64,000 nt of DNA, taken from NCBI GenBank assembly GCA_012270975.1, contig JAAXHH010000141.1:343089-407088 (forward strand), in the 5' to 3' direction. Position numbers and translations under genes: made by a program. This stretch comes from Candidatus Latescibacterota bacterium (GTDB lineage: Bacteria > JAAXHH01). Below, piece by piece: positions 34,288 through 45,077 of the stretch. The stretch's first letter is position 1. The number at the start of each line of letters is the position of its first letter. The notes under the pieces are model-generated. The model had not been told where the DNA came from and did no database searches. It worked only from the letters and a program-made list of their open reading frames with translations.

Positions 34288-35232
34288 ATGCTTCGATTCA
34301 TCTGGAAATGGTTCCTTCGGCTCACGGTCGCCGGTGCGGCCGTGCTTGTCGCGGTCCTGGCATATCATGCGATGGTAACCCGCCCCATGCCTGTACACTC
34401 GTTTACGGAAACGGACCAGCTCCTGGCCATCGCCCACCGCGGAGGCGCGGGGGTGTGGCCTGAAAACACCCTCTTCGCCTTTCGGAACGCGACAAAAATG
34501 GGCGTGGACGCCCTTGAATTCGATGTCCACGCCACCGGTGACGGCGAACTGGTCGTCATCCACGACGCCACGGTCGACCGTACGACCGACGGCTCGGGCC
34601 GGGTCGACGAGATGACCTGGGAAGCACTGCGGAAACTGGACGCGGGTTACCGGTGGACCGCGGATGACGGCGCGAGTTTTCCATTCCGGGGCATGGGATT
34701 GCGGGTTCCTTTACTCGATGAGGTACTGAACAGCCTGCCGGATACGCCGATGATCATCGAGCTGAAAGACGTGTCCGATGCCGCCAGGGTCCGTTTTTCC
34801 GAGGCAATCGCGCAAAGTCCGTTCCCGGAAAGGAAAGTCATCGCTTCCTTTCAGGCCGAGAGCGTCAAATACATTCGAGACAACAACCCGGGTATCGCGA
34901 CGTCGTCCACGGCCGGCGAGGTACTCCGATTCTGGGTGCTGAATTCCCTGAGACTCGGGTTCGCCTTTGTTCCCGGGGGCGAGACGATGCAGGTACCCCC
35001 CAGGTTTCAGGACCTGACCCTGGTAAGCACCCGATTCGTTTCGGGCGCCCACCGGCACAACATGGACGTGTATGTCTGGACGATCAACGAGGAAGCTGAG
35101 ATGAAACGCCATGTCGATCACGGCGTAGACGGCATTATTACGGACTATCCGGACCTGCTCCTGCAGGTACTGGGGCGTGGACCGGATCCGGGGGAAACGA
35201 ACGACGGGGGAGCAGAAAGGGCGGCACCATGA
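34288..35232 (+). CDS. glycerophosphodiester phosphodiesterase family protein with N-terminal membrane anchor
   Basis: 314 aa. IAHRGGAGVWPENTLFAFRNA...GVDALEFDVHATGDGELVVIHDATVDRTTDGSG shows the GDPD motifs. Confidence 0.8.
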   Translation: MLRFIWKWFLRLTVAGAAVLVAVLAYHAMVTRPMPVHSFTETDQLLAIAHRGGAGVWPENTLFAFRNATKMGVDALEFDVHATGDGELVVIHDATVDRTTDGSGRVDEMTWEALRKLDAGYRWTADDGASFPFRGMGLRVPLLDEVLNSLPDTPMIIELKDVSDAARVRFSEAIAQSPFPERKVIASFQAESVKYIRDNNPGIATSSTAGEVLRFWVLNSLRLGFAFVPGGETMQVPPRFQDLTLVSTRFVSGAHRHNMDVYVWTINEEAEMKRHVDHGVDGIITDYPDLLLQVLGRGPDPGETNDGGAERAAP

Positions 35233-35966
35233 GCGAACATCCGATCCTGTCGGTCCGGGGCCTGAGCAAGACCTATGCGAGCGGCGGCGGGACGCTGACC
35301 GTGCTGCGCGATATCGAATTCGACCTGATGCCGGGCGACTCCCTCGCGATCATCGGACCCTCCGGCAGCGGAAAAACGACGCTGCTCGGCCTCTGCGCGG
35401 GCCTGGACCGGGCGACATCGGGATCCGTTTCGCTGAACGGCATCGTGCTGGACGATCTCGATGAAGATGAAAGGGCCCGAGTCCGCAACCGGAACGTAGG
35501 CTTCGTCTTCCAGAATTTCCAGCTCATCCCGACCCTCACCAGTCTCGAGAATGTCATGGTCCCGGCCGAATTGCGCGGCGAAAGGGCGGTATACCGCCGG
35601 GCGGAGGAACTCCTGGACCGCGTGGGACTGTCGGACCGGATCACGCACTACCCGGTCCAGCTGTCCGGAGGCGAACAGCAGCGGGTCGCCATGGCCAGGG
35701 CATTCATCAACCGGCCGGCCCTCCTCTTCGTGGACGAGCCCACGGGCAATCTCGACGCCGAGACGGCCGCCACGGTGGAAAGTCTGCTGTTTGAACTGAA
35801 CGAGGAATCCGGGACGACCCTGGTCACCGTGACCCACAACCTCGACCTGGCGCGGAGGACCCGCCGCATCATAAGGCTGAGCGGGGGCCGCATGGTCGAA
35901 GACTACCATCCGGAGCACACGGGTTTCCCGGCAGCGGCCTCCCTGTCCCTTACCCCCGACGCGTAG
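35229..35966 (+). CDS. ABC transporter ATP-binding protein (LolD/YbbA-like)
   Basis: 245 aa. Walker A GPSGSGKTT, signature LSGGEQQRVAMARA, Walker B LLFVDEPTGNLD. Confidence 0.9.
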   Translation: MSEHPILSVRGLSKTYASGGGTLTVLRDIEFDLMPGDSLAIIGPSGSGKTTLLGLCAGLDRATSGSVSLNGIVLDDLDEDERARVRNRNVGFVFQNFQLIPTLTSLENVMVPAELRGERAVYRRAEELLDRVGLSDRITHYPVQLSGGEQQRVAMARAFINRPALLFVDEPTGNLDAETAATVESLLFELNEESGTTLVTVTHNLDLARRTRRIIRLSGGRMVEDYHPEHTGFPAAASLSLTPDA

Positions 35967-35968
35967 CC

Positions 35969-38536
35969 ATGGGCGTATCTCCCGAATCCGACAAAACGCC
36001 GATACGGGCTGGCTGGCTGTTCAATATGGCCTGGCGGGACAGCCGGACCTACCGGCGGCGCCTGCTCCTGTACATGTCGTCCATCATCCTTGGCACCGCT
36101 GCCCTGGTATCGATCCGGACCCTGGGCGACAGCATGTCGGCCGCGATTGACGTGGAGTCCAAGGCCCTGCTCGGCGCCGACCTCGACATCAACTCCCGGA
36201 CGGCCTTCTCGGATTCGGCCGAGGTCTTCCTCAGGAACCTGGGCGGCGAGCAGTCGCGCCAGTCCAGTTTCGCCTCCATGGTCGTCTTCCCGCGAACGGA
36301 ATCATCGCGCCTGGTCAATGTACGGGCGCTCGAAGGCGAGTTCCCCTACTACGGCGTATTGGAAACGGTCCCCCCCGCCGCCGCCCGGGAGTTCAGAACC
36401 AGCGGTACGGCGCTCGTGGACGACAACCTGATGATCCAGCACGGCGTGGAGGTCGGCGACTCGATCCGCGTCGGGCTGAGTACACTCGAGATTTCCGGCC
36501 GCCTGGTAAGCATACCGGGCGAAACCGCGGCCATGAGCGCCATCGGCCCCCGGGTCTACATTCCCATGTCCGAACTCGAGTCCACCGGTCTGATCCAGCC
36601 GGGCAGCCGCGTGACCTACCGGGCCCTGTTCCGATTTGGCGACGAGGTGGACGCGGACGAACTCGCAGAGACCTACGGAACGGCCACGGCGGCCCGGTAC
36701 GGTATGGACTGGGATACCGTAAGGGACCGCCAGGCGGGCCTGGAACGGTCCCTGGGCAACCTGTACCGGTTTCTCAACCTGAGCGGGTTCATCGCCCTGA
36801 TCCTCGGAAGCGTGGGCGTCGCCAGCGCCATCCATACCTACGTACGGCGAAAACGGGGTACCATTGCCGTGCTGCGGTGCCTGGGCGCGGAGGGGCGGCA
36901 CACTTTCGCGGTGTACGTCATCCAGGCCGCGGCCATCGGCGTGATCGGGTCCGCCATCGGCGCGGCCGTCGGCTATCTCGTACTCGGCATACTGCCCGCG
37001 CTGATACAGGACTTCGTCCCCTTCGAACTGGTGGTGGGGTTTACCTGGCTTCCGCTGCTCCAGGGCATGGGCCTCGGGCTGCTCATGGCGCTTCTTTTCG
37101 CCCTCCTGCCCCTCCTTGCGATCCGGGACATTTCACCCCTGCTCACGCTTCGTTCTTCCGTGGAAACACCGGCACGCAGGAAAACGGACCCGCGGCGCAT
37201 CGCGCTGATCGCCGTGCTTATCGCCGGCGTCGTGCTCTTCGCCGTCAGTCAGACCCGCGAGTGGCCGCAGGGCATCGGATTCGCGGGAGGGCTGATCGCC
37301 GCTTTCCTGCTTCTCAGTCTGGTTGCCCGGGGCCTTATTTTGCTGGCCAGACGCCTCGTGCCGGCTACGTGGCCCTATGTCTGGCGCCAGGGGCTGGCCA
37401 ATCTCTTCCGGCCGGACAACCAGACCGTAACCATGGTCGTCGCCCTCGGGCTGGGCGCCTTCCTGATCACGACGCTGTACCTCCTGCAGTTTTCCCTTGT
37501 GGGACATATTGCCCAGGTTGGCGGGGACAGGCAGTCCAACCTCGTCCTCTTCGACATACAACCCGGCCAGAGGGAGGACATCCTGGCGTCGATGCGTCGC
37601 AACGAGCTCCCGGTCATGCAGCAGACGCCCGTGGTAAGCATGCGGCTCGCGGGTCTCAAGGGACGAACGACTGCGGAAATCATGGCGGATTCCACGGAGC
37701 GGGTTCCGCGCTGGGCGCTGCGCCGGGAATACCGTTCGACCTACCGGGGCCACCTGGAAGATGCGGAAACGCTCCTTGAAGGGTCGTTGCAGCCCCGCGT
37801 CGAAGCCGGGAAGGATTCCGTGCTCGTATCCATGGAAAAGGGCATCGCCGACCGGCTCAAGCTAGGAATCGGCGACGAGGTGGTGTTCGACGTACAGGGC
37901 GTACCGGTGAAAACCACGGTGGGGAGCGTAAGGGCCGTGGACTGGCAGCGGGTACAGCCCAACTTCTTCGTGGTCTTCCCGGAAGGCGTACTGGAAGAGG
38001 CGCCCCAGTTCCACGTGGTCGTGACGCGTATCGACGATCCTCAGACATCCGCGCGCTTTCAGCAGGAAACGGTGAGCCGGTTTCCCAACGTATCCATGAT
38101 CGACCTGAGCCTCATCCTTGGCACGCTGAACGACATCCTCGGCAAGGTGTCCCTCATCGTTCGCTTCATGGCGTTGTTCAGCGTATTCACGGGGGTAATC
38201 GTCCTGGTAGGCGTCGTGACCAACAGCCGGCTGCAACGGATGCAGGAGAGCGTTCTGCTGAAGACCCTCGGCGGCTCACGGAACCAGGTATTGAAGATCA
38301 TGACGATCGAGTACCTGTTCCTAGGCGTTATCGGTGCATTGACGGGGGTTGTGCTGGCCTTTGCCGCCACGTGGATCCTGGCCGTTTTCGTCTTCAACAT
38401 CTCCTACGTGCCGGCCTTCATCCCCGTTCTGGCCGTGGTCGGCGGAATCGCGTTGATCACCATCCTGGTGGGCATGGCCGCGAGTGCCGGTATCTACAAG
38501 CAGTCCCCGCTTGAAGTGCTTCGCGCGGAGATCTGA
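35969..38536 (+). CDS. FtsX-like ABC transporter permease (YbbP-like, duplicated FtsX/MacB-type modules)
   Basis: 855 aa. Two repeats of a 4-TM FtsX domain (..LKTLGGSRNQVLKIMTIEYLFLG..). Its start lies 2 nt after the ATPase gene. Confidence 0.85.
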   Translation: MGVSPESDKTPIRAGWLFNMAWRDSRTYRRRLLLYMSSIILGTAALVSIRTLGDSMSAAIDVESKALLGADLDINSRTAFSDSAEVFLRNLGGEQSRQSSFASMVVFPRTESSRLVNVRALEGEFPYYGVLETVPPAAAREFRTSGTALVDDNLMIQHGVEVGDSIRVGLSTLEISGRLVSIPGETAAMSAIGPRVYIPMSELESTGLIQPGSRVTYRALFRFGDEVDADELAETYGTATAARYGMDWDTVRDRQAGLERSLGNLYRFLNLSGFIALILGSVGVASAIHTYVRRKRGTIAVLRCLGAEGRHTFAVYVIQAAAIGVIGSAIGAAVGYLVLGILPALIQDFVPFELVVGFTWLPLLQGMGLGLLMALLFALLPLLAIRDISPLLTLRSSVETPARRKTDPRRIALIAVLIAGVVLFAVSQTREWPQGIGFAGGLIAAFLLLSLVARGLILLARRLVPATWPYVWRQGLANLFRPDNQTVTMVVALGLGAFLITTLYLLQFSLVGHIAQVGGDRQSNLVLFDIQPGQREDILASMRRNELPVMQQTPVVSMRLAGLKGRTTAEIMADSTERVPRWALRREYRSTYRGHLEDAETLLEGSLQPRVEAGKDSVLVSMEKGIADRLKLGIGDEVVFDVQGVPVKTTVGSVRAVDWQRVQPNFFVVFPEGVLEEAPQFHVVVTRIDDPQTSARFQQETVSRFPNVSMIDLSLILGTLNDILGKVSLIVRFMALFSVFTGVIVLVGVVTNSRLQRMQESVLLKTLGGSRNQVLKIMTIEYLFLGVIGALTGVVLAFAATWILAVFVFNISYVPAFIPVLAVVGGIALITILVGMAASAGIYKQSPLEVLRAEI

Positions 38537-38541
38537 ACAGG

Positions 38542-39183
38542 TCAGGGACGCAGAGCTTCGAGGACAGGCTTCAGGACCTTCCACACGTTTTCCGCCATGA
38601 TGGCGTGCCCTTCGGCCGTCGGGTGAATACCGTCGGGCAGATTCAGCTCCGGAATACCGCCGACTCCTTCGAGAAGGAAAGGAATAAGCGAGACACGCTC
38701 CGATGCCGCCAGTTCCGGGTATATCGCCCTGAATTCGGACACAAAGTGCTGCCCCATATTAGGGGGCGCCTGCATGCCGGCGAGGACAATCTTCGACTCG
38801 GGGTACCGGTCGCGGACGCGGCGGATGATCGCTCTCAGATTCCGTCGCGTGGTACGGGGATCCACGCCTCGCAGCCCGTCGTTCCCGCCGAGCTCGAGCA
38901 CAAATACGTCCACCCGGTTCTGAAGCACCCAGTCGATGCGGCTCAAGCCACCCGCCGATGTCTCCCCGCCCACGCCTCCGTTAATCACCTTAAACGGCCA
39001 GCCGAGCCCGTCGATCTTGTGTTGGATCAACTGGGGATAGGCCTTGTCCGGACCAATCCCGAACCCGGTCGTAAGGCTGTTGCCATAGAACAGAACGGTC
39101 CGGTGCGGCACATCGCCCGCGGGTTCCTGCGGGTTGTCCGCCACCGCGAAGGGGAGCAGCCATATCAACAGAGGTATGAGCAT
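38542..39183 (-). CDS. SGNH/GDSL hydrolase (TesA-like arylesterase/thioesterase), secreted
   Basis: 213 aa. Signal-like N-terminus. Block I FYGNSLTTGFG, block III LELGGNDGL, block V DGIHPTAEGH. Confidence 0.8.
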   Translation of the reverse strand: MLIPLLIWLLPFAVADNPQEPAGDVPHRTVLFYGNSLTTGFGIGPDKAYPQLIQHKIDGLGWPFKVINGGVGGETSAGGLSRIDWVLQNRVDVFVLELGGNDGLRGVDPRTTRRNLRAIIRRVRDRYPESKIVLAGMQAPPNMGQHFVSEFRAIYPELAASERVSLIPFLLEGVGGIPELNLPDGIHPTAEGHAIMAENVWKVLKPVLEALRP

Positions 39184-39298
39184 GGTCTTTCACTCCGGTT
39201 TAATCGCTTGACGGCATGCCACCGGGCCACTAGTATCTTAGTATAACCTCAATCCTTCTTCTCTGAAAGCGCCATTTCCCCCGAAATCGACTGTTTCA

Positions 39299-39970
39299 AT
39301 GCGAAACAAACCCGCTGTTCGTTCCCTTTCGGCATGGGCGAAAGCCCTGGCCGCCCTCGCAGCAGTTATTGTCTTCGCAACGGTATTCAACGACCTGTCC
39401 ATCACCCGCAACGCATCCGCACGCCTGTACTATCTCGTCGACGATACGCCCGAATGCCAGGTGGCGCTCGTACTGGGCACTTCCAAGTATGCCGATGGGA
39501 ACGTCAACCGCTACTATCGCGCGCGCATCGAGGCCGCTGCCAAGCTGTTTCACGCCGGTAGAATCCGTGCCGTCCTGGTGAGCGGAGACGCTTCGACGCG
39601 GTACTACGACGAGACGACTACGATGCAGCGCGACCTGATCGAACTAGGCGTGCCGGAAGACTACATCATGCTCGATTACGCCGGTGTCCGGACCCTTGAT
39701 TCCGTGTTCCGGGCGAAGAAGGTGTTCGGCCTGGACCGGGTAATCGTCGTTTCGCAGCAGTTTCACTGTGAACGGGCCCTCTACCTCGCGGACGCAGTCG
39801 ACCTGGCCGCAACGGGATTCTGTGCCGAAGACGCCCCGGATGCCCATTCCCTGATGATGCGGGGACGGGAAACGCTGGCCCGGGTGATGGCGTTTGCGGA
39901 CCTGAACATCTTCGACACCCAGCCGCGTTCCCTGGACACCGACGAGCGGGCCAGCCGGGCCAGCAGATGA
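39299..39970 (+). CDS. SanA/YdcF (DUF218) family protein
   Basis: 223 aa. N-terminal TM, then ALVLGTSKY..G..N.YY..RI.AAA.LFHAGRIRAVLVSGD.. ..QFHCERALYLA. Confidence 0.75.
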   Translation: MRNKPAVRSLSAWAKALAALAAVIVFATVFNDLSITRNASARLYYLVDDTPECQVALVLGTSKYADGNVNRYYRARIEAAAKLFHAGRIRAVLVSGDASTRYYDETTTMQRDLIELGVPEDYIMLDYAGVRTLDSVFRAKKVFGLDRVIVVSQQFHCERALYLADAVDLAATGFCAEDAPDAHSLMMRGRETLARVMAFADLNIFDTQPRSLDTDERASRASR

Positions 39971-40104
39971 ATTCCGGCCGCGCACTACCGATCTGACATT
40001 CCACTTGTACTTCCCTCCCTTGCCTTTTACATTCCGACTTTCCTGATCCGCCGTCCCTGTAAGACGCATTCCCGCCTCATTGTCCGAAGTGAAGAGGTAA
40101 GCGT

Positions 40105-41373
40105 TTGGATTACGACACTACGCTTGAACGTGCGCGAAAACTGGATCGCTGCGACAGCCTGAACGGATTTCGGGACTGTTTTCTGATCGACGACCCCGAT
40201 CTGATTTACCTGGACGGCAATTCCCTCGGACGGGTTCCGAAGGACGCCATCGGCCTGATGGACCGGCTGATCAGGCACCAGTGGGGAAACCGCCTGATCC
40301 GGGCATGGAACGACGAGTGGATGGGCCTTTCCAGGCGTATCGGAGCCAAGCTGGCCGGATTGATCGGCGCCCTGCCCGACGAAGTGATCATTGCCGATTC
40401 GACTTCGGTCAACCTGTTCAAGCTGATTGCCGGCGCGCTGAAGGAGCGTCCGGGGCGGCGAAAGATCGTAACCGACAGCGTCAATTTTCCATCCGACATC
40501 TATATCCTGCAGGCCGTGGCGGACCTGATCGATCCCGCGTACGAACTGGTCGTCCTCCCCGTCGACAACGGCTTCGCCGTGTCCGAAGACGCCCTGGACC
40601 GGGCCATCGACGAAGATACGGCCCTGGTGCTTCTTTCCCACGTCATGTACAAGTCCAGTTATATGTACGACATGGAGCGGATCACGGAAATCGCCCACGA
40701 CCGGGACGCGATGATCCTGTGGGACCTGAGCCATTCCGCCGGGGTCGTGCCGATGGCATGCCACGACATGGGAGTCGACGTGGCGGTGGGTTCCACGTAC
40801 AAGTACCTGAACGGCGGACCGGGCGCCCCGGCTTTTCTATACGTGCGGGAGGATCTGCAGTCCCGGCTGATCAACCCGATTTCAGGATGGTTCGGCCACA
40901 GGAAACAGTTCTATTTCGATACCGAATTCGAACCGGCGCCCGGTATAGACCGCTATCTCACGGGCACGCCGTCCGTCCTTTCCCTGGCCATGATCGAACC
41001 CGGTGTGGACCTCGCGCTCGAAGCGGGCGTGGATGCCATACGCGCCAAGTCGCTGAGTCAGTCCGAATACCTGGTCGAACTCTGGGCGTCCGAACTGGCG
41101 CAACTCGGCTTCACACTGAATTCGCCCCGGGACGGCGCGCGCCGGGGGTCGCACGTCTCCTTCGGCCACCCGGAGGGGTACCGTATCGACCAGGCGATCC
41201 GGGAGGAAAAACAGGTCATTTCCGATTTCCGTATGCCCGATAACATACGGCTGGGCATCGCTCCGCTTTATACGACCTACGCGGAACTGCATGCCGCCGT
41301 GCGCGCCCTGGGCGAGGTCGTGACTTCCGGTTCCTTCGAGCGGTACAGTGGCGTCATCAAGGGAGTTACCTGA
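40105..41373 (+). CDS. kynU: kynureninase
   Basis: 422 aa (TTG start). IYLDGNSLGRVPKD.., WNDEWM.., DSTSVNLFKL.., WDLSHSAGVVP.., GSTYKYLNGGPGAPAFLYV. This is the PLP class V kynureninase pattern. Confidence 0.85.
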   Translation: MDYDTTLERARKLDRCDSLNGFRDCFLIDDPDLIYLDGNSLGRVPKDAIGLMDRLIRHQWGNRLIRAWNDEWMGLSRRIGAKLAGLIGALPDEVIIADSTSVNLFKLIAGALKERPGRRKIVTDSVNFPSDIYILQAVADLIDPAYELVVLPVDNGFAVSEDALDRAIDEDTALVLLSHVMYKSSYMYDMERITEIAHDRDAMILWDLSHSAGVVPMACHDMGVDVAVGSTYKYLNGGPGAPAFLYVREDLQSRLINPISGWFGHRKQFYFDTEFEPAPGIDRYLTGTPSVLSLAMIEPGVDLALEAGVDAIRAKSLSQSEYLVELWASELAQLGFTLNSPRDGARRGSHVSFGHPEGYRIDQAIREEKQVISDFRMPDNIRLGIAPLYTTYAELHAAVRALGEVVTSGSFERYSGVIKGVT

Positions 41374-41375
41374 CG

Positions 41376-42539
41376 ATGGCCGGCCCCGTACAGATCAACA
41401 TTCCCTCCATCATCATCAACGGGGCGGGCGCATGTGACGAAGCCGCTCCCCAGGCTGTCCGCGCCGGACTGAAACGTGTACTGGTGGTCTCCGATCCCTA
41501 CCTGGTCGAGCAGGGCCTGCCCGGTCGCATCGCGGCCCAGTGCCGCCAGAAGGGGATCGAATCCCATGTCTACGGCGGCGTAACGCCCGAGCCGACGGAC
41601 GTGAACGTCGAGGAAGGGCTGGCGATCTTCAGGGAAAACAATTGCGACGGGGTCGTCGCGGTGGGCGGCGGAAGCAGCATAGACGCGGGCAAGGGCATCG
41701 CGGTCATGGCGGCCAACGACGGTCCGCTGTCCGAATACGCCGGCTATCACCGGATACCCCGGCGCGGCGTTCCGCTGTTCGCCATTCCCACGACAGCCGG
41801 CACCGGCAGCGAAATGACCCGGGTGACGGTCCTGACGGATACGCGGCGGAACGTGAAGATGATGATGCTGGACGCCCATCTTCTGCCCACGGCGGCCTTT
41901 GTCGACTACACGCTGACCCTTTCCATGCCCCGACCGCTGACGGCCAACGTGGGCGTGGATACGCTGACCCACGGGATCGAAGCGTACGTATCGCGCAGGG
42001 CGGGCACGATGACGGACGCGCTTGCGCTTTCCTGCGTCGATCTCGTCGGCAGGCACCTGGTACAGGCCTGGAAGCATCCCGGCGACCACGGGGCCCGAAA
42101 GGGCATGATGGAAGCCGCCTCCCTGGGCGGCATGGCCTTCGCCAACAGCTCGGTCTGCCTCGTGCACGGAATGAGCAGGCCCCTCGGCGCGGTCTTCCAT
42201 CTTCCCCACGGACTCAGCAATTCCGTGTTGCTGCCGGCCGTTACGCGGTTCAGCGTGGCGGCGGCGCCCGAACGGTACGCCGTCCTTGCGCGAAAGCTCG
42301 GCTGGGCGGTGGAAGAGGACGATACGCACCGCGCCTGTGATCTGCTCATCGATGGCCTGCAAAAACTCAATGAAACCGTCGAAATCCCCGGACTGCGGGA
42401 CTGCGGCATATCCAGAGAGGCCCTGACCGAAGCGCTGGACAAGATGGCCGAGGACGCCCTCGCATCGGGAAGCCCGCAGAACAATCCGCGCATACCCACT
42501 GCCGACGAAATCAAATCGCTCTACCTGGAAGCCTACTGA
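41376..42539 (+). CDS. iron-containing (group III) alcohol dehydrogenase
   Basis: 387 aa. VAVGGGSSIDAGKGIAV, IPTTAGTGSE, and His-rich metal site ..THGIEAY.. ..LVHGMSRPLG... Confidence 0.85.
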   Translation: MAGPVQINIPSIIINGAGACDEAAPQAVRAGLKRVLVVSDPYLVEQGLPGRIAAQCRQKGIESHVYGGVTPEPTDVNVEEGLAIFRENNCDGVVAVGGGSSIDAGKGIAVMAANDGPLSEYAGYHRIPRRGVPLFAIPTTAGTGSEMTRVTVLTDTRRNVKMMMLDAHLLPTAAFVDYTLTLSMPRPLTANVGVDTLTHGIEAYVSRRAGTMTDALALSCVDLVGRHLVQAWKHPGDHGARKGMMEAASLGGMAFANSSVCLVHGMSRPLGAVFHLPHGLSNSVLLPAVTRFSVAAAPERYAVLARKLGWAVEEDDTHRACDLLIDGLQKLNETVEIPGLRDCGISREALTEALDKMAEDALASGSPQNNPRIPTADEIKSLYLEAY

Positions 42540-42549
42540 GGACAGCGAC

Positions 42550-43341
42550 TTGGAATTCAACACGTTACTCATCGGGGGCCGGGGGACGATCGGTTCCGGA
42601 CTCCGGACCTACCTGCCGGAGATGGACGGGAGATACCGCTTCTGTTCCATCGACCTGCCCGGGTCGCCCGACAGGGCAGAGGGCCGCGCCGAAGGCCGGT
42701 TCGTCGACATGAACATCGTCGAAGAACCGGACAGATTCAGGGCCATGCTGCCCGGATTCGATCTCGTCGTCTACCTGGCCCGGCAGGGCGACCTGGCCGC
42801 GATGAACCGGATGACGGACCTGGTGTTCGAATCGGTACTGGCTCTGGACCACCGGCCCCTGATCGTAGGTTCCAGCTCCGTGCACGCGGTGGACGACGCC
42901 TATCGGTTCTTCGAGTCGGGCGCGTACGCGTTGATCGCGGAACGTCGGTTCGATACGATCCAGGACTGGCCTTCGCCGATTTCCGCCCACCTGCCCGCCT
43001 GTCCGATCAACGACTACGGCCGGGAAAAGGCCTATGTCGAGGCGTGGGTGAAACGGGCGACGGGCCGGGGCTGCGATGCGCTGGCGGTCCGGTGGGGCGG
43101 TGTAAACCCCGGCAACACGCCCATTGTGGAGGAACGGGGATATTTCGCCGTATGGTGCCACCAGCAGGACGCGGCGGCCATGGTCCACGCCGCGTACACG
43201 GCCCATCGCGACGGCAAACTGCCATCCGCACGGCACTATTTCGTCATATCGGACAACACGTACAACATTTTCGACATTCAGACGCCGAAGGAAGAGATCG
43301 GATTCCTGCCCCGGCACGATGCCGAGACATTCTTTCGCTGA
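42550..43341 (+). CDS. NAD(P)-dependent epimerase/dehydratase-like (extended SDR) protein
   Basis: 263 aa (TTG start). Gly-rich N-terminus LLIGGRGTIGSGL and YGREKAYVE (YxxxK). The assignment is tentative. Confidence 0.5.
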   Translation: MEFNTLLIGGRGTIGSGLRTYLPEMDGRYRFCSIDLPGSPDRAEGRAEGRFVDMNIVEEPDRFRAMLPGFDLVVYLARQGDLAAMNRMTDLVFESVLALDHRPLIVGSSSVHAVDDAYRFFESGAYALIAERRFDTIQDWPSPISAHLPACPINDYGREKAYVEAWVKRATGRGCDALAVRWGGVNPGNTPIVEERGYFAVWCHQQDAAAMVHAAYTAHRDGKLPSARHYFVISDNTYNIFDIQTPKEEIGFLPRHDAETFFR

Positions 43342-43372
43342 TCACCCTCCGACCGGAGCAATTACACAGACC

Positions 43373-45016
43373 ATGCGATACGATCCCTACACCTATCGAG
43401 GCTCGCGGCGTTCGGTCGTCATGGCGCCCGGGGGCATGGTGGCCACGAGCCAGCCCCTGGCCGCCCAGGCAGGCATCGATATCCTCAAAGCGGGCGGCAA
43501 CGCCATTGACGCCGCCATCGCCGTCAACGCGGTCCTGGGCGTGGTGGAGCCCATGTCCTGCGGTATCGGCGGCGACCTGTTCGCCATCGTCTGGGACGCC
43601 GAAAACGGCGAACTGACCGGCCTCAATGCGAGCGGAAGAGCGCCGTACGCGGCCACGATCGACTACTACGCCGGGCAGGGGCACGACTACGTGCCCGGCA
43701 CCGGTCCGCTCAACTGGTCCGTGCCGGGCTGCGTCGACGGTTGGTCCTGCCTGCTCGATCGCTTCGGAACGATGTCCCTGGAACAGGTGCTTGAACCTGC
43801 CATCTCATACGCGGAGAACGGGTTTCCCGTATCGGACATCATCGCGAGGGACTGGGCGGGATCCACGCCGCTGCTGAAGCCCTGGGCCGAGTCCTGCCGG
43901 GTCTACCTGCCCGGCGGCCGGGCGCCCGAACCTGGCGCGGTATTCCGGAATCCGGACCTGGCGCGGTCCTACCGCCTCCTGGCCGCAGGTGGACGCGACG
44001 CCTTCTACCACGGTGAAATCGCCCAAGCCGTCGTAGCTTGTTCACACGAGGTCGGCGGACTGTTCAGCCCCGAGGATTTCCGCGATCACGTGTCGACCTG
44101 GGATGATCCGGTTTGCGTGGACTACCGCGGTCATACGGTCTGGGAGCTGCCGCCGAGCGGGCAGGGCATCGCCGCCCTTCAGATATTGAACATCCTGGAA
44201 GGCTACGACCTCGCAGAGATGGGTTGCCTGTCGGCGGAAACGCTGCACCTGCAGATCGAAGCCAAGAAACTCGCCTATGCCGACCGTGCCGTGTTCTACG
44301 CCGATCCCGTTTTCGCGGACGTACCCGTCGAGGCCCTGCTGTCCAAGGAATACGCGGAACGGCAGCGTGGCCGCATCGATCCCGAGCGCGCGGCGGTCGA
44401 CGTCCCGGCCGGCGATCCCATCCTGCAGCACGGGGATACGGCCTACATGACCGTGGTCGACGAAGCGCGCAACGCGGTTTCGTTCATCCAGAGCATCTTC
44501 CGGGGATTCGGATCGGGCATCGTTCCGGAACGCACCGGGTTTCCGATTCAGAACAGGGGGCAGCTGTTTTCCCTGGATCCGGCGCACCGCAACGCCCTCG
44601 TTCCCCACAAGCGCCCCTTCCATACCATCATCCCCGCCATGGTGACACGGGACGGCCGGCCCTGGCTCACCTTCGGCCTGATGGGCGGCGCCATGCAACC
44701 GCAGGGACACGCGCAGGTCCTCTGCAACATGATCGATTTCGGAATGGACGTGCAGGAAGCGGGCGACGCCCCGCGCTTTCAGCACTTCGGTTCGGCCGAG
44801 CCCACCGGCGCAGCCATGGAGGCCGACGGGGGACGGGTCAACGTGGAAGACGGCATCACTGAAGAAGCCTTCCGCCGGCTCGAGGAGATGGGCCACCGGA
44901 TTTCCCGTTCTTCCCACGGGTACGGCGGCTACCAGGCGATTCGCATCGACCCGGAAACCGGCATGCTGCACGGCGCGTCGGAGCCCCGCAAAGACGGATG
45001 CGCGATCGGATATTGA
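43373..45016 (+). CDS. ggt: gamma-glutamyltransferase family protein (no obvious signal peptide)
   Basis: MVATSQPLAAQAGIDILKAGGNAIDAAIA..GIGGD.F.., the autoprocessing and nucleophile region ..GDTAYMTVVD.., and ..GLMGG..QPQGH. Start set at ATG 43373 (MRYDPY..). The track ORF extends upstream into the preceding gene. Confidence 0.85.
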   Translation: MRYDPYTYRGSRRSVVMAPGGMVATSQPLAAQAGIDILKAGGNAIDAAIAVNAVLGVVEPMSCGIGGDLFAIVWDAENGELTGLNASGRAPYAATIDYYAGQGHDYVPGTGPLNWSVPGCVDGWSCLLDRFGTMSLEQVLEPAISYAENGFPVSDIIARDWAGSTPLLKPWAESCRVYLPGGRAPEPGAVFRNPDLARSYRLLAAGGRDAFYHGEIAQAVVACSHEVGGLFSPEDFRDHVSTWDDPVCVDYRGHTVWELPPSGQGIAALQILNILEGYDLAEMGCLSAETLHLQIEAKKLAYADRAVFYADPVFADVPVEALLSKEYAERQRGRIDPERAAVDVPAGDPILQHGDTAYMTVVDEARNAVSFIQSIFRGFGSGIVPERTGFPIQNRGQLFSLDPAHRNALVPHKRPFHTIIPAMVTRDGRPWLTFGLMGGAMQPQGHAQVLCNMIDFGMDVQEAGDAPRFQHFGSAEPTGAAMEADGGRVNVEDGITEEAFRRLEEMGHRISRSSHGYGGYQAIRIDPETGMLHGASEPRKDGCAIGY

Positions 45017-45077
45017 AATCGAAGAGGCTGAAGTCGGGACTGATCCGAGTCGCCTCGGCCTGGCGCAGGCCCGAGGC

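Noticed and set aside
41277-42572. 431-aa minus-strand ORF
   Set aside because: Antisense to the iron-containing alcohol dehydrogenase.
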